A DNA stretch of 64,000 nt from Bdellovibrionales bacterium (lineage in GTDB: Bacteria > Bdellovibrionota > Bdellovibrionia > Bdellovibrionales > JAGQZY01), in NCBI GenBank assembly GCA_964230645.1, contig CAXRHT010000001.1, positions 70,943-134,942 on the forward strand, read 5' to 3'. Under the pieces are notes generated by a model. That model saw only the letters and a list, made by a program, of their open reading frames with translations, did not search any database and was not told the origin of the DNA. The position numbers were made by a program, and so were the translations under genes. Shown one piece after another: positions 8,514-17,335 of this stretch. Position 1 is the stretch's first letter. Each line of letters begins with the position of its first letter.

Positions 8514-9611
8514 ATGAAACATCGGGGAATTTCGGGGATCATTCTAACACTTCTTACTCTATTGGTGCTCCTTTACCAGGGGTGCCAAGGAGGAAACGTG
8601 AACTCTTCAAGCACACTCACCTCTTTTAATGAGCCAGGGCCAGAGGAACTTGAACCAATCACTGAAGAACAGCGTCAGCAATCTTTTCGAAGAGTAAGCC
8701 TCATTTTTCTAAATCAAGCTCCGACTGCTGAACAATTGCAACAGGCTTCCAGTGAAAGTGGCTATAAACAGGCCATTGAGACCCTTGTCGACTCGCCCCA
8801 ATTTGTCGCAAAGATGCGGAGTTATCACCAGGAATTTTTTGATATGAGTGGGCAAGATGGCGACATCAACATGAATGAGCCTGCAAACCTTGCCTCTTTT
8901 CTTGTGAAAGAAAATATGGACTTCCGCCAAATTCTTAGGGCGGATTATTGCGTGAACAATAACCTTGAAAAGGGCAACTGCTCAAGTTTTAATAACGATG
9001 CTGATCTGGCTAAGCAATTTGGAGCCGGGGTAGTGACCACACAAGCTTTCCTAAAAAAATGGGAAGGACCTTTTAACTTTCGGCGAACAAGTCATATGCT
9101 TCAAGCCTTTGCTTGCCATGACTATCCCGATGAAAGTGACCCGGGTCTTTTTCCAGAGGAAGTTTCTGAAAACGTGCAGACTTTTGCGTGCACGGACTGT
9201 AATCCCAAATGCTACTCCTGCCACCGAACAATGAACTCTAGAGCTTCTCTTTTTTACGACTTTGACACTTCGGGAGCATTTAACACAAACCCTGCTAATA
9301 ATGTAGCTACCAAAAGAGATGACGGCAGTGTTTCCACTGTGGCTGATTTGCTCAACGAAGGTGTTAAACCACGCTTTCGGCAGCAAGAAGTGGCTAACTT
9401 AAAAGAGTACGCTTTTGAGCTCACTCGTGCTCCGAAGTTTCGCAAGTGTCTTGCCAAACGTCTGACTTTGTTAGCACTCGGCGCTCAAAGTCACGAAGGT
9501 GAGCTCCCCACATTGCTTAAAGATATTGATCAAGGATTAATCAGACACCAGTTTCAACTCAAAAGTTTCTACAAAGAACTACTAGGAAGTGATGAATATG
9601 TTATTCAATAA
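8514..9611 (+). CDS. DUF1592/DUF1588/DUF1585-like protein (compact form)
   Basis: 365 aa with a signal peptide. GAGVVTTQAFLKKWEGPFNFRRTSHMLQAF, CYSCHRTMNSRASLFYDFDTSG and the C-terminal FRKCLAKRLTLLALG...LKSFYKELLGSDEYV match the motif order I recall for DUF1588 then DUF1585. The start lies 1 nt after the upstream stop. Confidence 0.55.
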   Translation: MKHRGISGIILTLLTLLVLLYQGCQGGNVNSSSTLTSFNEPGPEELEPITEEQRQQSFRRVSLIFLNQAPTAEQLQQASSESGYKQAIETLVDSPQFVAKMRSYHQEFFDMSGQDGDINMNEPANLASFLVKENMDFRQILRADYCVNNNLEKGNCSSFNNDADLAKQFGAGVVTTQAFLKKWEGPFNFRRTSHMLQAFACHDYPDESDPGLFPEEVSENVQTFACTDCNPKCYSCHRTMNSRASLFYDFDTSGAFNTNPANNVATKRDDGSVSTVADLLNEGVKPRFRQQEVANLKEYAFELTRAPKFRKCLAKRLTLLALGAQSHEGELPTLLKDIDQGLIRHQFQLKSFYKELLGSDEYVIQ

Positions 9612-10254
9612 AAATTTCTTAACTTTGCTTTCAGTGATCACAATTTTGGCTTTTATGAATTGCGCGCCTCTTGTAAGTACTCGCTACGATAGCGAACTGC
9701 TCCTTAGCTCTGCCGCTCAAGAGGTGGGACCTGATGGAGTTTTATTTTCAGCTCTTCCTCTGGGTCAACTTTCTATCGATCGGGAACTTCCTTTTTTCGC
9801 CGATGAGGTTTTCTTCACCGAGCCTGTTAAACAGGTGATCTGGGATCACAATCTCAATGGTACGGCTTTCTGTGAGCAAAGTAGTGGTGAGACACCTTGG
9901 AGTGTTAAAATTCAATGCAGTGAACCAGGCACACTAAATTTATTTTTTATTGTCGAGTACGAATCGGGAGTGGATGAGAGTTTCTTGGCCTCTGTAGACG
10001 TGCTTGCTGAACCCACTGACGAGCCCATTGACGAACCGGTAGAGCCCGTTGAGCCTACACCCCTTAATGGCGAGATGCTCTATTCGACAAGTTGTGCGGG
10101 TTGCCACGGTAGTGGTGCCAATTCCACCAAAAAAGGACGCTCCGCCGGTCAGATTCAAAATGCTATTACCAACAACGTGGGCGGAATGGGAATTCTTTCC
10201 ACATTGTCGGCTGAAGAGGTTGAAGCGATCGCAGATTACCTGGATGCGCTTTAA
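9589..10254 (+). CDS. Membrane-anchored/lipoprotein mono-haem c-type cytochrome
   Basis: 221 aa. Hydrophobic N-terminus (..AFMNC). Acidic PE-rich linker (EPTDEPIDEPVEPVEPTP). C-terminal CAGCHG haem-binding motif with a downstream GGMG candidate Met ligand. Overlaps the upstream gene by 23 nt. Confidence 0.7.
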   Translation: MMNMLFNKNFLTLLSVITILAFMNCAPLVSTRYDSELLLSSAAQEVGPDGVLFSALPLGQLSIDRELPFFADEVFFTEPVKQVIWDHNLNGTAFCEQSSGETPWSVKIQCSEPGTLNLFFIVEYESGVDESFLASVDVLAEPTDEPIDEPVEPVEPTPLNGEMLYSTSCAGCHGSGANSTKKGRSAGQIQNAITNNVGGMGILSTLSAEEVEAIADYLDAL

Positions 10255-10267
10255 AGAAATGAGATTT

Positions 10268-10489
10268 TTATCTACCTAGACGGTTTCGGCAAGAGACCTC
10301 GGGTCTTTCGCGCAAACAAGCTTGATAGAGTGAATTTGAATCGGTTGAACGATGGTTCATGGCGCGTGGCTCTTCGTAAGGTCTTCCTGCACGGTTGTAA
10401 CTGGCCGGCCTTCTGTCGTTGCTGCTGGCACATCCCATGAGACTCATAAGACCGATCAAGCAGATTGAATTAAGAATTCCTTTTCTCAT
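10268..10489 (-). CDS. Small lipoprotein, unknown function
   Basis: 73 aa. Lipobox LMGCASS. Confidence 0.45.
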   Translation of the reverse strand: MRKGILNSICLIGLMSLMGCASSNDRRPASYNRAGRPYEEPRAMNHRSTDSNSLYQACLRERPEVSCRNRLGR

Positions 10490-10614
10490 TGTATTCTCCT
10501 GGTTAGTTCCTTCTTATCGGCGCTTTTAGCAAAGCATTTAACTGGATCTTAATCTGAAACAGAGCCTAAGAGATTACAAAATATTACCTTTGATTAATCC
10601 GATATGACTTAGGG

Positions 10615-12420
10615 CTAGTCTCCTTTTCGTTCTAAAATTGCAAAATCCTGGTTGCTCCAAACAATACGGTAGCCATTTTTTTGCGCCCAATTATCTACAA
10701 ATAAAACAGACTCCTGAGAGATTTGTGAGTGAGGAGGGATAATTTGTCCATTCCCCCAATAATAGGACTGAGTATTGGTAATAGCTCGGAATAGAAAGCG
10801 TGGGAGTTTTTCCCCTTTTTTCTGACGAAAATAAAAAGCCATGGCTTTGACCCCTTGAATGGTCGGCCATGGGTTTTCCAGATAACTTTTAGTGCCCGTG
10901 AGGTAGTAAAATAGAGGAACACTATTATAGGCCAAGGTGACGTCGCCGGGTTGAACGTATTTTTGCGACTCTTTTAAGAATTCCCCAAAGCTTTTCACTC
11001 TTTGCTGGGAACTTTTTACTCCCTCTAGACTCTCCACATTGAATTCAGTATTGAGCTTTTCCCAATGAGGAATATCGCGGTAGGGACTTGAGGGAACCAC
11101 CCAAAAACTCAACAAAACAAGAGGCATTAGAGATATAAAAAAACAAACGATGAGGCCATTTCTACTTGGTGATTCTTTTTCATAATCTTGAAATATTTGT
11201 TTGAGCAAAACCACTTGAGCAGGAAGAGTAAACCACTGCCCCAGATGAATATTTAAAAAACCCACTCCCGATCCTGCAATACTAAAAAGACTCACTGTTA
11301 TAAAAATCCACTGAATGTAGAAAATTTCAAGATAGGGAATCTCTTCGCCTCTTATTCTTTTAAGCACAACCGCTATTGTGGTGAAAATAGCTGTGAAGAT
11401 AGAAAAGCTTCCAATGGCAGCACGGAGGTTATTTAAATTTCCATCAAAGATAAAAAAGCCCATCAAGGTTAAGACGACAAGAACGGCCATAGCATAAAAG
11501 GTCTTTTGTTTTCTTTGCTCAAAAAATCGAAAGCCCCAAAAACTGAGGCAAAGAAATGCCAGATAACCCAGCGCCCATGACCAGCGCCAAAACAGATGTT
11601 TGACATAAAGGTTTAATAAAAACTTTAACCCATGCTCTTGTTGAACGGGCACATCTTCTACCAATCCAAACATGACTTTCAAGCTATGAACATAATTGTC
11701 CCACAGCCCACTTAAGGCGGTAAGAATTAGAAAAAAAGCCATCCCTACTAGAGTCGCCCCCCAAAGAGAGACGAGTCTTTTAAAGCCCCGTGACTTTTTT
11801 AAAAGTAAGAGATCAAAAATAACTGGAACTAACGGGAAAATAAAAAAAGCAAATAGAGATGGGAAGCGACTACCGAAAGTCATTCCAGCCAAAAGAGCAT
11901 AACAAAAAAGCCACTGCCATTGGGGCTTATCTCGGTAAGTCAAAAAACAAAGTCCACCAAGACTTAGAAAAAAAGCACCAAGATTGGTGTAATAAAGAAT
12001 TTCTAGGCGTCCACCCACAAGAATGAGCCCAACAAGTAAGGTCGCAATAGTGGCTTGATTTGTAGTGAGCCATTTTTTTAAAAAGAGCTTAACAAAATAG
12101 GAAAAACCAACAACAAGAAAACACCAACCAAGCCCTGCCCCTAAAAGCCCCAAGGGGGAAACGAGACTAAGCCATAGTCCCCCTAAAAAGTCAGAGAACC
12201 AAAGGGCGGTGGATTGAGACTCTCCAAGAAGAGTCAATTGCTGTTGATAGAGATTAAAACCCGAATCGGTAACATCGAGACCCCGTCTTGCTAGTAAGAA
12301 ACTATAGAGGAAAAGAATTAGGTAGCACAGGCCTGAAAGAAGTCCTGAGGGAAGTGACCTTAATTTAGTTAGAGTTTTTTCTGACATTCCTTGTAGGCGA
12401 TTTTTTTCTCTTTGTAGCAA
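10615..12420 (-). CDS. Polytopic membrane protein, possibly a GT-C-type (PMT/ArnT-like) glycosyltransferase
   Basis: 601 aa. More than 10 predicted TM segments followed by a soluble C-terminal domain of about 150 aa. The first loop is acidic (LDVTDSGF). The family call rests on architecture only. The start may be M12 (12387). Confidence 0.45.
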   Translation of the reverse strand: MLQREKNRLQGMSEKTLTKLRSLPSGLLSGLCYLILFLYSFLLARRGLDVTDSGFNLYQQQLTLLGESQSTALWFSDFLGGLWLSLVSPLGLLGAGLGWCFLVVGFSYFVKLFLKKWLTTNQATIATLLVGLILVGGRLEILYYTNLGAFFLSLGGLCFLTYRDKPQWQWLFCYALLAGMTFGSRFPSLFAFFIFPLVPVIFDLLLLKKSRGFKRLVSLWGATLVGMAFFLILTALSGLWDNYVHSLKVMFGLVEDVPVQQEHGLKFLLNLYVKHLFWRWSWALGYLAFLCLSFWGFRFFEQRKQKTFYAMAVLVVLTLMGFFIFDGNLNNLRAAIGSFSIFTAIFTTIAVVLKRIRGEEIPYLEIFYIQWIFITVSLFSIAGSGVGFLNIHLGQWFTLPAQVVLLKQIFQDYEKESPSRNGLIVCFFISLMPLVLLSFWVVPSSPYRDIPHWEKLNTEFNVESLEGVKSSQQRVKSFGEFLKESQKYVQPGDVTLAYNSVPLFYYLTGTKSYLENPWPTIQGVKAMAFYFRQKKGEKLPRFLFRAITNTQSYYWGNGQIIPPHSQISQESVLFVDNWAQKNGYRIVWSNQDFAILERKGD

Positions 12421-12644
12421 TTCTTTCGATCACCATCACACTGATATCGCCATCCCCGCTTTATCTTACACTGCTCAAGAGAAGATTGGGATGGAACATT
12501 GGCAATTTTACGACCAGTCTCTTTGGGAAACTCGATCTTAGCTTCCACTTTCTTAGTCCTTGGTCCTGCAAACAGAGCGGGTACACTCAAACAGGCAAAA
12601 GCCAAACAAAATTGCAAAAAACTCATTCCAAAAGATTTGTTCAT
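12369..12644 (-). CDS. Small secreted Cys-containing protein
   Basis: 91 aa. Signal peptide (...LSVPALFA), basic, 4 Cys in the C-terminal half. Lies between psd and the membrane protein in the same orientation. Confidence 0.4.
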   Translation of the reverse strand: MNKSFGMSFLQFCLAFACLSVPALFAGPRTKKVEAKIEFPKETGRKIANVPSQSSLEQCKIKRGWRYQCDGDRKNCYKEKKIAYKECQKKL

Positions 12645-12647
12645 GCT

Positions 12648-13532
12648 TTAGGCATCGGAAGGTTCTGGCTTTTTCTTTACAGCCATCTTCTTCATCAGCT
12701 TTTGACCCATTCTCACTTTTTTACGTTTTTGATGAATAAGACCCCAGCTTTCTTCAAACAACAAGACCACGGTGCTGCCCAAATGAAAGGTGCCGAACTC
12801 TTCCCCCACTTGCAAAGGACGCCCCTCATTGTAGGACCGATGAACCACCTCTCTTTTTTTCAAAAGATTGGTTTTGATATTGGGATCAAAGCGAAAGGAC
12901 ATAGAGCCCACATTGGTGGCCCCCACCATGACCATAATCACCTTGCCTCTCTCGCATTCAATGCCTGTCACCACTCGTTCGTTAAGGGAGTAAAGGTTTT
13001 TGATATTTTTGACACTCCAATGATTCACTGGCCAGAGTTCTCCGGGCACGACAGTGGACCATTTGATTTGGCCTGTCACCGGTGAATGCACGCGGTGGTA
13101 ATTATGGGGAGCCAAATAAAAGGTAAAAAAAGAACCCGTCTTAAAATCATCATCCCAAGGATTGTCCGGCACAAATTCATCAACACTGTAGGACTTTCCT
13201 TTGGCTTGAATAAGGAGTTCCGAGTGAATTTTCCCGGACTCAATCAAGAGCCCATCACAGGGATTCACTAAGTCAGCCTCAATGGGCCTAGCCTCTGGTT
13301 TGAGTTTACGAGAGAAAAACTCACCCAAACTTTCGTAATCCTCAATAGGCTTTTCGATTTCAGAGAGATCGATCTCATAATAGCGAGCAAACTTTTTTAT
13401 CAGTTTTCTATTGAGACTCTTAGGGATTTTTAAGTGGGCCATTCTCCCTAAATAATGGCTCATCCATTTTTTAGGGAGCTGGGGCATAATTTGATCGTAA
13501 AGCCAATCGTTCACAGCTGGAGACATGATCAC
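12648..13532 (-). CDS. psd: Phosphatidylserine decarboxylase proenzyme
   Basis: 294 aa. LGST self-cleavage motif (FHLGSTVVLLFE) plus a HNYHRVHSP block. Confidence 0.9.
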   Translation of the reverse strand: MIMSPAVNDWLYDQIMPQLPKKWMSHYLGRMAHLKIPKSLNRKLIKKFARYYEIDLSEIEKPIEDYESLGEFFSRKLKPEARPIEADLVNPCDGLLIESGKIHSELLIQAKGKSYSVDEFVPDNPWDDDFKTGSFFTFYLAPHNYHRVHSPVTGQIKWSTVVPGELWPVNHWSVKNIKNLYSLNERVVTGIECERGKVIMVMVGATNVGSMSFRFDPNIKTNLLKKREVVHRSYNEGRPLQVGEEFGTFHLGSTVVLLFEESWGLIHQKRKKVRMGQKLMKKMAVKKKPEPSDA

Positions 13533-13606
13533 ACCATTCCTTGAAAAAAACTCTTAGGCAAGCGTTAGCCTATATTTTTTCTAGGAAATGAGCTAGTGTA
13601 AATCCT

Positions 13607-15160
13607 ATGGCAAAGCACATCAATAACCTGAAAGTGGCTCTCAATGAAGATTTAGAGGAAAAGCTCCGTCTCTTAGAGCCCGACTTTGGCCATTACAGAA
13701 TCCTAAAAAAATCCGTCGACGCCCGCACCAAACAAAAACTCCACTGGGTTTATAGCGTTGAAGTTTTTGATAAGGGGGAGGACCCAGAGCCTCTTTTTGA
13801 AATGCCTGAACCAATTTCCACCTCAGAAAGACCTCTTATTGTGGGCACGGGCCCTGCGGGCCTTTTTGCCGCCATTCGCTTGGCTGAAAGAGGGATCGCC
13901 TGTGACCTTTTCGAGAGAGGTTCGGTGTGTGAAAAAAGAATTCTCGCCATTAATAAGTACTGGCGCTACGGAAAACTCGACGAAGAAGACAATGTTTGCT
14001 TTGGCGAAGGAGGAGCGGGTCTTTATTCTGATGGTAAATTAATCACTCGAATCAAGTCCCCCTTCATTCCCTACGTGATGAAACGAATGGTGGATTTTGG
14101 GGCCCCTCCCGAGGTGGAGTACCTGGCTAACCCCCATATTGGGTCCAATAAAATTCGTCGTCTCATCCCAAAGATGAGAGAGTATCTCTTACAAAGAGGC
14201 TGCAAAATTCACTTTAATACCAAAGTGACTGACTTTCTTTTTGAAAACAAACAAATTACAGGGATCAAAACAGATAAGGGCGAAAGCTTTCACTCTCCGT
14301 TCGTGGTTCTCGCCACAGGGCACTCAGCCGAAGACATCTTTTATAAACTGCAAGAACACAAAGTGGAGATGGAAGGAAAATCTTTTGCCATTGGCCTTCG
14401 GGTCGAGCATCCACAGGACTGGGTGAATCGCACACAGTATCGGGAGTACTCGGATCATCCGGAGCTTGGAGCCGCAAACTATAAGCTCACCTACCACAAC
14501 AAACGAGAAAACATTGGAGTCTACTCTTTTTGCATGTGTCCAGGGGGCTATGTGCTTTCAAGTGGTACAGAAAAAGATGGAGTGGTCTCCAATGGAATGA
14601 GTAACTTTAATCGCAACTCCCCTTACGCCAATGCCGCCATTGTGGTTTCTATTGATCACGACAAACATTTTAAAGGAGATCTTTTCGGAGGCCTTAAATT
14701 TCGCCGCGACTTGGAAAGAAAATCTTTTGAAGAGGTACAAAAAAAAGAAGGAGGACATAAACTTCCTGCCCAAAATATGATTGATTTTTTAACCAACCAG
14801 AACCATCGAAAAGAGCTTAAAGGTTCTTCGCCTTCCGGCCTGCAACCTGTAAGACTCGATCAACTTTTTCCTGACAATATCTACCTCCATTTGGTGGAAG
14901 CTTTTGAGAGGTTTCAAAAAAAGATGGATGGATTTATTGATTCCAAAGCCAACCTCTACGGAGTTGAAACCCGAACCTCCTGTCCTGTTCGTGTGTGTCG
15001 AGATCGGGACAGTTTAGAGTCTACCAGTCACAAAGGGCTTTACCCTTGTGGCGAGGGGGCGGGGTTTGCTGGTGGAATTACTTCAGCGGCTTGCGATGGA
15101 GTGCGGGTGGCCGACTCGATTGCTGAGTCTTTAAGCTCCTCAAAAGCTCAGGTCCAATGA
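13607..15160 (+). CDS. FAD-dependent oxidoreductase (COG2509-like)
   Basis: 517 aa. GTGPAGLFAA dinucleotide-binding motif. C-terminal GEGAGFAGGITSAACDG. The length and layout match the uncharacterised FAD-dependent dehydrogenase family. Confidence 0.8.
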   Translation: MAKHINNLKVALNEDLEEKLRLLEPDFGHYRILKKSVDARTKQKLHWVYSVEVFDKGEDPEPLFEMPEPISTSERPLIVGTGPAGLFAAIRLAERGIACDLFERGSVCEKRILAINKYWRYGKLDEEDNVCFGEGGAGLYSDGKLITRIKSPFIPYVMKRMVDFGAPPEVEYLANPHIGSNKIRRLIPKMREYLLQRGCKIHFNTKVTDFLFENKQITGIKTDKGESFHSPFVVLATGHSAEDIFYKLQEHKVEMEGKSFAIGLRVEHPQDWVNRTQYREYSDHPELGAANYKLTYHNKRENIGVYSFCMCPGGYVLSSGTEKDGVVSNGMSNFNRNSPYANAAIVVSIDHDKHFKGDLFGGLKFRRDLERKSFEEVQKKEGGHKLPAQNMIDFLTNQNHRKELKGSSPSGLQPVRLDQLFPDNIYLHLVEAFERFQKKMDGFIDSKANLYGVETRTSCPVRVCRDRDSLESTSHKGLYPCGEGAGFAGGITSAACDGVRVADSIAESLSSSKAQVQ

Positions 15161-15258
15161 TTTCTTTTATGTGTTAAAACGGCCTCAACATAAGCATTGA
15201 CCCCTTCGGCGCTGGTGACTAGACTTTTGGATGTAATATCAATTTCTAAGGGGGATTC

Positions 15259-16179
15259 ATGTTAAAAAAGATAAGCTTGGTTTTATGCTTGCTCCTTCCC
15301 GCCGCTCAGGTTTTTGGGGAAGACATTTCACTAACCATCGAAGAGTATGATGTGATTCGCAAGAAAGCATCCATTCTTGTTTTAGATCAAAGCCAGGTGC
15401 CTCTTGGAACAGTGATCCGCGTTCATAGTAAAACCGGAACATGTGAAGTGAAAATCACAGAAAAAGTCAGTGATCATCTTATTGGCTCCACCAGAGGGTG
15501 CACCGAGTCAACCCTCACTCCCGGCATGAAGCTTGCCTACACCCCCACTCAAACTTGGGAAGCTCCCACAACCTACAGAGAGCCTGCCAGCACGACTTCC
15601 ATGGACTACAGAGGAGACGACGCCCTGGATGAAATCTTAGATCGCACCACTTTTTATATTGGTCACAATTTCGCCAGCGAGCTGGAAGGAAATGTGGGCA
15701 CAAGCTCCAACGCCGCTATCTCTGATCTTGAAGGAGACACCGCTCTCTCTCTTGGTATCAAGGGGCGCATTTATGATTTTACGGATCGTTTCTCTTTTGC
15801 CGCAGAACTTGGTTACGAGTCCCCTCGGACAATGGATCAGGCCGTTTACACAACTAATGCTGGCACCAACGAGCAAGGCACTGTGGGCTTTTCCCCGCGT
15901 CTCGTATTATGGCATGTGGCAGCCCTTGGACAATTTGCCGTGATGGAAAAAATGAACGCTTTTGGTGGAATCAATATCGCACTTCCTAGTGTTGAAAACG
16001 CTCCTTTTAGCCTTTCTGGAAATTTAGGTTTTCAAGGCGGAGCCAACTACCGCATCATTCCCAATGTGGCCATCGAAGGCCTTGTTAAGATCATCAATAT
16101 GGATCTTCGCAACAACCTGGGGCAAGAAAACAATGTTAGCCTCTCAGGGGTTGAGCTCAGAGGACGTTACTTCTTCTAA
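15259..16179 (+). CDS. Outer-membrane beta-barrel protein, unknown function
   Basis: 306 aa. Signal peptide. Alternating-hydrophobicity C-terminal half ending RGRYFF (aromatic terminal residue). Confidence 0.55.
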   Translation: MLKKISLVLCLLLPAAQVFGEDISLTIEEYDVIRKKASILVLDQSQVPLGTVIRVHSKTGTCEVKITEKVSDHLIGSTRGCTESTLTPGMKLAYTPTQTWEAPTTYREPASTTSMDYRGDDALDEILDRTTFYIGHNFASELEGNVGTSSNAAISDLEGDTALSLGIKGRIYDFTDRFSFAAELGYESPRTMDQAVYTTNAGTNEQGTVGFSPRLVLWHVAALGQFAVMEKMNAFGGINIALPSVENAPFSLSGNLGFQGGANYRIIPNVAIEGLVKIINMDLRNNLGQENNVSLSGVELRGRYFF

Positions 16180-16210
16180 GACTTTTCAGAAATCAGTTTA
16201 AACTTCAATA

Positions 16211-16248
16211 AGACCAGAGCCGCAAATCTCACTCTGGTCTTTTTTTTA
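16211..16248 (+). terminator. Rho-independent terminator
   Basis: AGACCAGAG-N12-CTCTGGTCT followed by a run of 8 T, 30 nt after the stop at 16179. Confidence 0.7.
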
Positions 16249-16351
16249 TGAAGCAACAATCCCCACAAATCACCACATAATCGTCAGTCCCTCTTAATTC
16301 CAAAAACTTTTGGGAGCCTTTAAAGTGAAGCAGAAACTTTAGGAGGTTTTA

Positions 16352-16870
16352 ATGACATATTTAAAAACATCACTCATAGCCGCTTTGGCTTTATTTATTT
16401 TTTCAGAACCCACCCTTGCAAACACACCCGATGACAAAGATCGCCTGACGGGTATTATGCAATGCCAGCTTAAAGCCGACCGAGACATGGTATTAGAGTA
16501 TAGCGCCTACCGTGGCTCAGGACGACTGGTGGCCAAAAAAGGGGGCGAAAAAGTGATGACAAGAGATATATTTCTTCTTGAGGGTCAACGCTGCTCTGCC
16601 TATTCCGGAACTTGTCACACGGTTATCAATGCGCCCTTGCGTGTAGGAAATGAGCTTCAGTTTTTCGTCAAGCAAACCGGAGAAGTCTACAACTTCCCAG
16701 ACATCTTTAATCTCACCGTTAATGAAGAAACCATTGAAGTGCAAGACACTGAAGAGTTTGACTCCTCCCTTCACTTGGCAGTGGGTTATGAAGGCGCACC
16801 CGCTCCTCTTAACGAGCGTGGAAAGCTCGATATGATTTGTGAAGGAACTCTCTACCGCGCTAACAAATAA
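16352..16870 (+). CDS. Secreted hypothetical protein
   Basis: 172 aa. Signal peptide ...SEPTLA. RBS AGGAGG upstream. No family recognised. Confidence 0.5.
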   Translation: MTYLKTSLIAALALFIFSEPTLANTPDDKDRLTGIMQCQLKADRDMVLEYSAYRGSGRLVAKKGGEKVMTRDIFLLEGQRCSAYSGTCHTVINAPLRVGNELQFFVKQTGEVYNFPDIFNLTVNEETIEVQDTEEFDSSLHLAVGYEGAPAPLNERGKLDMICEGTLYRANK

Positions 16871-16957
16871 GTGAGTTTCTAAGTCTAAAGGTTAAACTTC
16901 GAGAGATCGTTTTGCTTTTTTCACTCAAGTTTGCCTTTAGACTTTTTTCCAAAGCGC

Positions 16958-17320
16958 CTGTCATTCTGAGGGCTCTGTCATTCTGAGCGATCTGTCATTC
17001 TGAGCGAAGCGAAGAATCTATCGCCACTGAATTCACGTTATCAATCAAAGCTCTCGGCAGTAGGTCCTTCGCTACGCTCAGGACGACAATTTGGAGTTAT
17101 GGCAATTCTCTCCAATTATTATTCTGAGGGTTCTGTCATTCTGAGTGCTTTGTCATTCTGAGCGGAGCGAAGAATCTATCACCACTGAGTTTGCGTTTTT
17201 AACTGTAGTCCTCGGTAAAAGATTCTTCGCTACGCTCAGAATGACAGATCGCTCAGAATGACAAAGCACTCAGAATGACAACGGGCTCAGAATAACAATG
17301 GGCTCAGAATAACAATGGGC
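16958..17320. repeat. Two adjacent nested palindromic repeat elements (GTCATTCTGAG family) with 17-nt tandem arm units
   Basis: Element 1 spans 16958-17090. It has 3 units of CTGTCATTCTGAG-N4 (starts 16958, 16975, 16992), the core CGAAGCGAAGAATCT, a loop, and the degenerate arm AGGTCCTTCGCTACGCTCAGGACGACAAT. Element 2 spans 17116-17320. It has 3 left units, a core, a loop, then GATTCTTCGCTACG and 5 units of CTCAGAAT(G/A)ACA-N5 (starts 17235, 17252, 17269, 17286, 17303). Confidence 0.85.
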
Positions 17321-17335
17321 TAAAATTTCTAAATT

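Noticed and set aside
12486-13085. 199-aa plus-strand ORF antisense to psd and the small secreted-protein gene
   Set aside because: It is His/Phe-rich antisense translation of a gene (psd) with unambiguous motifs. There is no independent support.
16958-17320. CRISPR-like reading of the regularly spaced GTCATTCTGAG repeats (also at 25303-25400 and 60025-60115)
   Set aside because: Periods of 17-26 nt leave only 4-15 nt between cores, far too short for spacers. The fillers are themselves repeated. The arrays form the arms of larger palindromes. No cas genes or leader are present.
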